The position numbers were made by a program, and so were the translations under genes. From contig CAVRCF010000001.1 in assembly GCA_963719505.1 (NCBI GenBank), positions 288,001-352,000 on the forward strand: a stretch of DNA of 64,000 bases. The letters are read 5' to 3'. Positions 56,441 to 64,000 of this stretch are shown here, one piece after another. The notes under the pieces are model-generated. The model did not search any database, was not told the DNA's origin, and worked only from the letters and a program-made list of their open reading frames with translations. Each line of letters starts with the position of its first letter. Position 1 is the stretch's first letter. The stretch is from Halobacteriovoraceae bacterium. GTDB taxonomy: Bacteria > Bdellovibrionota > Bacteriovoracia > Bacteriovoracales > Bacteriovoracaceae.

Positions 56441-57465
56441 AATTTTTACTTATTTTCTTTATTTGTAGCTCTACTCTTCTAGCAAGACCTTCTGGTCGCT
56501 CAATGCAATTACAGTTGGCGCAAAAATACTATAAGAAAAAAATGTATCGTAAAAGTATCATCAGCTTGAAGAAATCTTTTAACTTGAAAAGAACTAAAAG
56601 TACCCCAACACCAGTGATCCAATTATTGGCGCTCAATTATCTTAAATTAAAAAAGCATAAAGTAGCTTCTCGATTTTTCCATATTGTCATAAGAAGAAAC
56701 TACAGAGAAAAGCACATCCAAGTTTTAAGATCTTTGAGTACTGGTGGACTAGGTGATATCGATATTCCCCAGAAGCTTTTACGTATTTATTATCATTTAG
56801 GTCAGATCTATTACAAAATATTCTTCAAAACAAAATCGATTCCTTACTACCGAGCCAGTGAGAAATATTTTAAGATTTGTGAGGAGAAAGAACATCTCGA
56901 TGATAACGCTACTGAATATATCGACAGCCTTGCTGCGATCAAGACACTTATCGACAAGAAGGAATTTACAAGTAAATGGTTTGCCACGATTGGAGCTTTA
57001 AATTGGCAAGAGAAACTTGAACTTGTTAACTCTACAAATGGCAATACAACCAAGCTTTTATCAAACGCCAAAGCACTTTGTGTCGGTGGTGGTTACCGCT
57101 ATACCAACGCCTATCATGGTGTTGAGATTTCGTCTTGCTTCTACTCCGGAGCCGCTAACATCAGTGCCGACAACACTGCAACCTACTCTCAAGATGGCGT
57201 AGCAGTCTCCGGGTTTCTCATCGATAGTGGATACGTTTTTAAACCTTACTCAGAAAAAGTTGCTATGATTTTCTCGATTCCACTTTTTTACAGAGATGGA
57301 GATTATACGCAGCCGGACAATTTTTCTATCCCCGGAAAAGGTCAACTAAGTGCTGGTTTATTCGTTAAAGCACGCTATGAAATGCCAATTATCGATCTCA
57401 TTTTTAGTATTGGAAATATGGGTAGTACAAACGTTTTAATGCTGCAAACTGGTTATACATTTTAG
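56404..57465 (+). CDS. Exported TPR-like plus beta-barrel protein; the start is probably 56431
   Basis: Signal peptide, helical YYHLGQIYY repeat-like region and C-terminal strands ending GYTF. Confidence 0.6.
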   Translation: MVISRTGSLMVLKFLLIFFICSSTLLARPSGRSMQLQLAQKYYKKKMYRKSIISLKKSFNLKRTKSTPTPVIQLLALNYLKLKKHKVASRFFHIVIRRNYREKHIQVLRSLSTGGLGDIDIPQKLLRIYYHLGQIYYKIFFKTKSIPYYRASEKYFKICEEKEHLDDNATEYIDSLAAIKTLIDKKEFTSKWFATIGALNWQEKLELVNSTNGNTTKLLSNAKALCVGGGYRYTNAYHGVEISSCFYSGAANISADNTATYSQDGVAVSGFLIDSGYVFKPYSEKVAMIFSIPLFYRDGDYTQPDNFSIPGKGQLSAGLFVKARYEMPIIDLIFSIGNMGSTNVLMLQTGYTF

Positions 57466-57507
57466 AGTTCTCGTTGTATAAAATTCCTATATAACGAGGA
57501 GCAAAAT

Positions 57508-59165
57508 ATGAGTAATATTCCACTACCACCAACTGGATCAAAGCTAACCTGTAAAGGATGGCATCAAGAAGCCGCTTTACGCTGCCTATTAAACAATCTT
57601 CACCCTGAAGTTGCTGAGGATCGAGAGAATTTGATTGTCTATGGCGGTAATGGTCAAGCTGCTAGAAATCATAAGGCACTTGCAGATATTATATCAACCT
57701 TAAAAAGTTTAGAAAATGACGAAACATTGCTCGTTCAATCGGGAAAACCTGTTGCCGTTTTTCCAAGTAATCCTCAATGGCCCCAGAGTTCTTAATTGCC
57801 AATTCTAACTTAGTTCCAGAATGGGCGAACTGGGATCACTTTAATAAACTCAAAGATGAAAATAAAATGATGTACGGTCAAATGACTGCTGGATCTTGGA
57901 TATATATTGGCTCACAGGGAATTCTTCAAGGAACCTACGAGACATTTATGGCCGCTGCCAAAAAGCATTGGAATAAAGAAGATATGAAAGGAATCTTAGC
58001 TCTCTCGGCTGGAATAGGTGGTATGGGCGGAGCCCAGCCTCTAGCAGTTAAGATGGCCGGTGGAGTTTTTCTAGGCTGTGATGCCGAAATGTGGAGAATC
58101 AAAAAGAGACTCGATACCAAATACGTTGATGAGTTCTTCGAGGATTGGGATAAAGCTATAGAGAGATCTCTTGAAGCAAAGAAAAATGAAGAATCAGTCT
58201 CAATTTGTGTTGAAGGAAATGCTGCCGACTTTTTTAAATACGTCTACGATAAAAAAATAGTGCCTGACCTTGTTACAGATCAGACATCTGCTCATGACCC
58301 TTTAAATGGATATATTCCAAATGGAATGCCTATTGAAGAAGCAAATAAGCTCAGAAAAACTAATCCAGCGAAATATACTGAACTGTCTTATCAAACGATG
58401 AGAGCTCATGTTGAGGCGATGCTCCTTTTCCAAAAAGCAGGATCTCATGTTTTTGACTATGGGAATAACCTCAGAGCAGGGGCAAAGAAGGTTGGGCTAG
58501 AAAATGCTTTTGATTTTCCAGGCTTTGTTCCCGCTTATATTAGACCTCTTTTCTGCGAAGGAAGTGGCCCCTTTAGATGGATCGCTCTGTCTGGAGACCC
58601 AGAAGATATTTATGAAACAGATAGAGCTTTGATGGAACTCTTTCCAGATAATAAACCCCTTCACAATTGGCTCACCAAAGCTAAAGAGATGATTCAATTT
58701 CAGGGTCTTCCTTCAAGAATTTGTTGGTTAAAATATGGAGACAGAGAAAAAGCGGCTCTTTTATTTAACAAACTGGTGAAAGAGGGAAAAGTAAAAGCTC
58801 CAATCGTGATTGGCCGAGATCACCTAGACTGTGGAAGTGTCGCGAGTCCTAATCGCGAAACAGAAGCAATGAAAGATGGAACAGATGCTGTTTCTGATTG
58901 GCCTCTTCTTAACGCTTTTATCAATATCAATAATGGAGCCTCTTGGATAAGCTTTCACCACGGTGGTGGTGTAGGAATGGGCTTTTCTCAGCACTCCGGA
59001 ATGGTTATTGTCGCAGACGGATCAGAAGAAATGGACAGAAGACTCTCTCTTGTTCTAAACAGTGATCCCGGGATGGGAATTGTTCGCCACGCTGATGCTG
59101 GGTACGAAACCTCAATAGAAGTAGCCAAAGACAAAAGCACAAAGATAAAGTTTCCAAGTTTATGA
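57508..59165 (+). CDS. hutU: Urocanate hydratase, with an apparent frameshift near 57770-57800
   Basis: [19 protein letters not shown] and QSGKPV in the first frame; [17 protein letters not shown] and GRDHLD in the second. Confidence 0.93.
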
Positions 59166-60376
59166 ATATCATAAGAAACATAAATCAGATTCTTACTTTA
59201 GAAAGTGCAGCAAAAAAAGAAGGAAGAAATCTTCAACCTAGTGACCTTGATCTTATCTCAGACGGGGCAATTGTTTTTGACGATAAAACGATTCACTGGG
59301 TGGGTAAAGATAAAGACCTTCCCTCATCATATCAAAACCTTCCATCCAAAGACGGATCTGGCTTAGTTATAACTCCTGGCTTAGTAGACTCGCACACCCA
59401 TTTAGTCTTTGGAGGTGATCGAGCATTCGAATACACCATGAGATTGAATGGAGATGACTATCAAGATATAGCAAATGCAGGCGGTGGAATTTTATCCACT
59501 ATGGAAAAAACAAAGAACACCTCTAGGGAGAAGCTTTTCCAAGATGCTTGTGAAAGAATAGAGCGAATCTCTACCTATGGCGTTCGTGGGATCGAAGTAA
59601 AAAGTGGGTACGCACTCACCTATGAAAAAGAGAAAGAATTATCCTTAATAATCAACGATCTTAAAAATCATTTTAAAGGCAAAATGATTATTCACAATAC
59701 CTTTATGGCCGCACATGCTGTCCCGAAAAATTTTTCCTCGTCGAAAGATTACATGGAGAGCGTTGTCATTCCCCTTCTCGAAGATGAAGATATCAACGGG
59801 GTAATTGACTCTGTAGATATTTTTCACGAAGAGGGTTATTTTTCTTCCGAAGATGTTGAATTACTTTTTGAAAAATGCAAAGAACATAAAATCAATACTC
59901 GAATTCATGCTGATGAATTTAACGACAATAAAGGAGCCGTTCTTGCTAGTCGCTTTAATTCTTTAAGTGCAGACCATTTACTTGCTACTAATCTTGAAGG
60001 TGCCAAAGCGCTTTCAAAGTCCAAGACTATTGCAACTATTTTACCCGGTACTGCATTTTTTCTTGGGAAACCACTTGCAAACGCTCGAATGTTTCTCGAT
60101 GAGGGATGTGCCGTAGCAATCGCATCAGATTACAATCCAGGCTCATGCCACTGCGATAATCTTTTAATGGTTGCCTCTATTAGTGCAAAATCTCTAGGGT
60201 TAAATATTGCAGAACTTTGGGCCGCAATGACTTTAAATGCATCAAAGTCTATTGCAAGAGAAGATATAGGAAGCATTCAAGTTGGGAAAACTCCCCTTTT
60301 TAGCTTTTTTAAAACTGAAAATATTGATCAGATAACTTACAGTTGGGGACGGAATTTTTCAGTGACTAACTTTTAG
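59162..60376 (+). CDS. hutI: Imidazolonepropionase
   Basis: [36 protein letters not shown] and ASDYNPGS. Confidence 0.95.
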   Translation: MNIIRNINQILTLESAAKKEGRNLQPSDLDLISDGAIVFDDKTIHWVGKDKDLPSSYQNLPSKDGSGLVITPGLVDSHTHLVFGGDRAFEYTMRLNGDDYQDIANAGGGILSTMEKTKNTSREKLFQDACERIERISTYGVRGIEVKSGYALTYEKEKELSLIINDLKNHFKGKMIIHNTFMAAHAVPKNFSSSKDYMESVVIPLLEDEDINGVIDSVDIFHEEGYFSSEDVELLFEKCKEHKINTRIHADEFNDNKGAVLASRFNSLSADHLLATNLEGAKALSKSKTIATILPGTAFFLGKPLANARMFLDEGCAVAIASDYNPGSCHCDNLLMVASISAKSLGLNIAELWAAMTLNASKSIAREDIGSIQVGKTPLFSFFKTENIDQITYSWGRNFSVTNF

Positions 60377-60941
60377 ATTCTAAAGCTTTTTTGATTTTGT
60401 AGACAAATTTTTCTTCAACAAAGTCAAATTCCTCATTGGTAAAAAATATAACCTTTCCATTTTTGAAAACAATAGATGCTGGTATTTTTTGAATTCTAAA
60501 TTTATTTGTTACTTGATATTTCATATCGTTAACCGACTCAAATTTTAACTCATATTTTTTTTCAATTTTTACAATTTCCTTCTCTGGTGATTCATCGTCA
60601 TTATTGATACCGATAACGACCAAGTCTTTATTATCAATTTGCTTTATCAATTTATTCAAAGCAGCAAACTCAGAGACACATGGCCTACACCAACTGGCCC
60701 AAAAATTTAAAATTACAACCTTATCTTTTAAAGCACTTGCTGAGACCTCTGTCCCCTTTGTTGTTTTTAAATCTAGGTTTTCATAGACCTTTTCAAAACT
60801 TGAGTATTTCGCTTCTTTATCAGAAACCTTCTGTGCCGTTGATTTTGGTCCATTGAATATCATTTGAAGCACTAGCATCATGCCAAATAGACTTGTGAGA
60901 GCGATTGCTGGAAAAAATTTCTTCATATCTATAACCTTCAA
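60366..60941 (-). CDS. TlpA/ResA-like thiol-disulfide oxidoreductase
   Basis: LNFWASWCRPC and an N-terminal membrane anchor. Confidence 0.9.
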   Translation of the reverse strand: MKVIDMKKFFPAIALTSLFGMMLVLQMIFNGPKSTAQKVSDKEAKYSSFEKVYENLDLKTTKGTEVSASALKDKVVILNFWASWCRPCVSEFAALNKLIKQIDNKDLVVIGINNDDESPEKEIVKIEKKYELKFESVNDMKYQVTNKFRIQKIPASIVFKNGKVIFFTNEEFDFVEEKFVYKIKKALESKS

Positions 60942-60998
60942 TTAACGAGAAAATTGTATAATAATTCCCATAACTTTAAAATACGGATTTAATTACCT

Positions 60999-61220
60999 AT
61001 GGAAATAAAAGAGACTATACACGATGAAATCGAACATGAAAAACTGTTAGATGAAAGCGGACAAACACTCGTGGAATTCGTTCTTCTCCTTCTCATTGTC
61101 ATGTCTATCTCTTTTGTTTACATGAGTGTCGTTAACAGAGGCATTGCTGACTATTGGCAAGCAATGGGCAATATCCTTTTAAAAGACGTTCCACAAAAAC
61201 AATCTCTTAAGCTAAGGTAA
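60999..61220 (+). CDS. Flp/TadE-like pilin or pseudopilin
   Basis: ESG|QTLVEFVLL prepilin motif followed by a hydrophobic helix; 73 aa. Confidence 0.75.
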   Translation: MEIKETIHDEIEHEKLLDESGQTLVEFVLLLLIVMSISFVYMSVVNRGIADYWQAMGNILLKDVPQKQSLKLR

Positions 61221-61223
61221 AAG

Positions 61224-62699
61224 ATGAAAAAGTATATACTCTCGCTGGATCAGGGAACAACAGGGTCTACAGCACTAATAGTCGATTCCAATTCACTAAA
61301 AGTAGTCGCTCAATGCAACCATGAATTCCCGCAGATCTTTCCTAAACCAGGACTAGTTGAACATGACTTAGATGAAATTTGGAAAAGCCTCAAAAATGCG
61401 GTGATAGATGTTTTGAAACAGACTGGTATTGATCCTAAAGATATTGAATCAATAGGAATAACAAATCAAAGAGAGACGACATGCGCCTATAGAAAAGACG
61501 GAACCGCTTTAGCAAATGCGATAGTCTGGCAAGATCGAAGAACAAGAGACTTCTGCGAGGAGAACTCTGGAGCCTATCAGGACTTGAAGAAAAAAACTGG
61601 TCTACCACTAGACTCTTACTTCAGTGGAACAAAGATGCGTTGGCTTTTGGAACACAATAAAGAGGTGCAACAGGCAGCTAAAGAAAATGATCTTTTATTT
61701 TCAACAATTGATACTTATATTTTATATCGACTCACAAATGGTGAATCCTTTCTAACTGAGCCAAGTAACGCTTCTAGAACCTTATTAATGGATCTTTCTT
61801 CTACCGATTGGGATGAGAAGCTTCTAAGTTTTTTTAATGTTAAAGATTCGTTTCTTCCAAAGATTGTCGACTCTTTTTCTTTATTCGGAAAGACGAAAGA
61901 CCTAGATTTTTTGCCAGATAATATTTCAATTTCTTGCCTCTTAGGTGATCAACAATCAGCCCTTTTTGGCCAAGGCGGTAGTGAAAAGGGTGACCTCAAG
62001 TGTACTTACGGAACTGGTGCTTTCATCCTCTTAAATACAGGTTCGGAAATTAAATTCTCAAACAATAATTTGATCACGACAGTTGCTTTTCGACATAAGG
62101 GACAAACAACTTATGCCCTCGAAGGCTCAACCTATATAGCTGGGGCGGCTGTTCAGTGGCTAAGAGATAATTTGAAAATTATTGAGACTTCTGCCGATAT
62201 TGAACAACTCGCAAGACAAGCAAAAGATGAAAAGATGGAAGAAATATTTTTCTTTCCCTTTTTCACCGGCATTGGATCTCCGTATTGGAATTCTGACGCT
62301 ACCGCTTCAATCATTGGATTAACTCGTGGGACTACCGACTCTGAAATAGCTCGCGCTGCTTTAGAGGGTATCGCCTTGTCAATAAATGACTCTGTTCGGG
62401 CCCTTGTGTCTGATGTAGAAATGGATGTTGAAGAAATTTTTGTCGATGGTGGAGCCTCGCTAAATGACTATCTTATGCAAATGCAGGCGAACTTTTCAAG
62501 TTGTACAATATCAAGACCAGAGGTTTTCGAGACAACCGCATACGGTGTTGCTCTTGGGGCTCTTTTAGGTTTAGGTAAACTCAATTTTGATCAAATAAAA
62601 AGCATAAGAAAAATTGATAAGTCCTTTCAACCTATTTCTTCGCAATATGTGACAAAGAAGAAAGTTGATTGGACTCGACTCATTAAAAAGATATATTAG
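61224..62699 (+). CDS. glpK: Glycerol kinase
   Basis: LDQGTT, GITNQRET, IVWQDRRT, GDQQSALFG and KCTYGTG. Confidence 0.93.
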   Translation: MKKYILSLDQGTTGSTALIVDSNSLKVVAQCNHEFPQIFPKPGLVEHDLDEIWKSLKNAVIDVLKQTGIDPKDIESIGITNQRETTCAYRKDGTALANAIVWQDRRTRDFCEENSGAYQDLKKKTGLPLDSYFSGTKMRWLLEHNKEVQQAAKENDLLFSTIDTYILYRLTNGESFLTEPSNASRTLLMDLSSTDWDEKLLSFFNVKDSFLPKIVDSFSLFGKTKDLDFLPDNISISCLLGDQQSALFGQGGSEKGDLKCTYGTGAFILLNTGSEIKFSNNNLITTVAFRHKGQTTYALEGSTYIAGAAVQWLRDNLKIIETSADIEQLARQAKDEKMEEIFFFPFFTGIGSPYWNSDATASIIGLTRGTTDSEIARAALEGIALSINDSVRALVSDVEMDVEEIFVDGGASLNDYLMQMQANFSSCTISRPEVFETTAYGVALGALLGLGKLNFDQIKSIRKIDKSFQPISSQYVTKKKVDWTRLIKKIY

Positions 62700-63394
62700 T
62701 CATTCATAACGATGTATTTATCTTTTCTGAATTCTTGCCGTTTATAGAAAAGCCTTTTTTTCAATTCGAAAAGTGCAACCTCAGTATTATCTTGAATCTG
62801 TTTCATTTTTTCAATTCCTGAGCTATTTGTCAGATCCAGTGCATTTATTGCAATCTTTTCTTCCATCTTTAGTTTTTCTTTTTCCCTTTGGTAAAGCTTT
62901 TGGTGCTTAAAAAGAAGCACTTCTTCGTTAACATTATTAAAGGGAACAACTTTTTTACCGGCTGAAATGACGCTCGCAGGTTCGCGAGCTGAAACAGCAC
63001 TTATGACCGATGTATATTTTTTCTTATTCGATTCGATAATATCTAAATACTTGAGATTGATTCGATTAACCTCATCAATAATTTCAGCTCTCATTTTTTC
63101 CATATCATTCTTTGCGCTTACATCATTGACAATGACGGGAGCTTTAGACTTTCTAATTTCATCAAGAAGTTCATTTCTAATATCAGAAAGCTTTTCTGCA
63201 GAGCTATAGTCTTCCGTTTTGCTGTCAATTAAAAATGACGTACCAAACGCGATGAAAACCGTGTAGGAGACAATAAAGAATGAAGCCCAAACTGGATTAA
63301 TAGTCTTTTTCAAGTATAGGTAATTTCCAGTAAACGGTTCAACCTCAGCTGATGATTTTTTTACATCTTTGTTCATTTTTGACAATTGATTCAT
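62696..63394 (-). CDS. Hypothetical single-TM coiled-coil protein
   Basis: One TM helix and a REPAS motif; 232 aa. Confidence 0.65.
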   Translation of the reverse strand: MNQLSKMNKDVKKSSAEVEPFTGNYLYLKKTINPVWASFFIVSYTVFIAFGTSFLIDSKTEDYSSAEKLSDIRNELLDEIRKSKAPVIVNDVSAKNDMEKMRAEIIDEVNRINLKYLDIIESNKKKYTSVISAVSAREPASVISAGKKVVPFNNVNEEVLLFKHQKLYQREKEKLKMEEKIAINALDLTNSSGIEKMKQIQDNTEVALFELKKRLFYKRQEFRKDKYIVMND

Positions 63395-63516
63395 AGCGAC
63401 CTCTTTTTGATCATTATATAGTTAAACACCCTAGCATTTCATTGCGATCGTAAATTCAAGGACTTAGTTATATTAAACGATTTGGGGAGTACCAATTTTT
63501 CTTGGCAAAGTCGCCT

Positions 63517-63999
63517 TTAACCAAAAAGTGTAAAGAGATCTTCGATTCTTCGGACGTTATGAATTTTAGAGTTTTTAATTTTGGTATTACAGACGATTTT
63601 TTCAACAAAGCTATTTTCAAGCATTGACTCGATCTGTTTATCTTCTGGGAATTTTAAAACTCTTCCTGTTAAACTCAACTCCCCTAAAAAGATGAAGTTT
63701 TGTTGGATTTTTTTACCTTTAGCTCTTCCTAAAATTGAGGCAATGACAGCAAGATCTAATTTATTTGGTATAGTTTTAGATTTTGTTATTAAGTTCAGAT
63801 AAAGTTCTTTGTTCTTTAGGATTCCAGGAAATGAGCTTTCCAGAATCGCCAACAAGATATTCATTCTCGAAAATTCGTAATTGTAAGCTATGTTTTTCGG
63901 GCTTGATGAGCCTCGCACGAGGCATTCAACCTCTACCAGTGAAACTTCATGAGATGTATTAATAACAGAACACACGCAGCCAATCAGTTCCGTTGAAGA
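63517..63999 (-). CDS. radA: RadA/Sms C-terminal Lon-like domain, partial (runs off the window end)
   Basis: LVEVECLV, LLAILE, DLAVIASI and GELSLTGRV; the frame is open to the window edge. Confidence 0.65.
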   Translation of the reverse strand, partial: SSTELIGCVCSVINTSHEVSLVEVECLVRGSSSPKNIAYNYEFSRMNILLAILESSFPGILKNKELYLNLITKSKTIPNKLDLAVIASILGRAKGKKIQQNFIFLGELSLTGRVLKFPEDKQIESMLENSFVEKIVCNTKIKNSKIHNVRRIEDLFTLFG

Positions 64000-64000
64000 T

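Noticed and set aside
46885-60376. Functional link between the hut genes and the His-rich radical SAM substrate
   Set aside because: They are more than 20 kb apart and separated by housekeeping genes, and hut genes are ordinary catabolic genes. Nothing in the sequence links them.
2055-63802. Numerous 60-115 aa ORFs antisense to or nested in long genes (e.g. 2055, 2406, 4934, 15360, 26365, 38666, 44004, 51377, 63581)
   Set aside because: They are shadow frames of well-supported genes, with no motifs or independent translation signals.

Overview
A gene-dense, AT-rich bacterial chromosome segment, most consistent with a predatory Bdellovibrionota of the Bacteriovorax/Halobacteriovorax type (inferred from gene content, not proven). 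The housekeeping backbone includes murU/amgK-like genes, a deoxynucleoside kinase, folK, an acyl-CoA dehydrogenase with etfBA, sdaA, mrp, slt, tRNA-Gln-prs-pth-ychF, lgt, a class A PBP, an LptF/G permease, def-fmt-rpe, hutH/U/I, glpK and a partial radA. Two accessory blocks interrupt it. The first (about 11.2-25.8 kb) is the most striking. It has five radical SAM enzymes, four Fe(II)/2-oxoglutarate or cupin oxygenases, a glycosyltransferase-kinase-like fusion and four unknown proteins, arranged around a ~182-aa protein ending in SCHSSCHSSCHGSRARR, a candidate post-translational modification substrate. Directly beside it are three phage tail-fibre-derived genes: a type IV pilin fused to an S74 chaperone, a peptidase-G2-like chaperone protein and a Tat-signal fibre-repeat domain. 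The second block (about 49.7-57.5 kb) lies between hutH and hutU. It encodes CxxCH heme-motif envelope proteins, a Tat substrate, proteins with atypical NQC lipoboxes and an LspA-HAMP-like fusion. etfB, etfA and hutU carry single-base frameshifts that are probably sequencing errors. No integrase, IS element or CRISPR array was seen.
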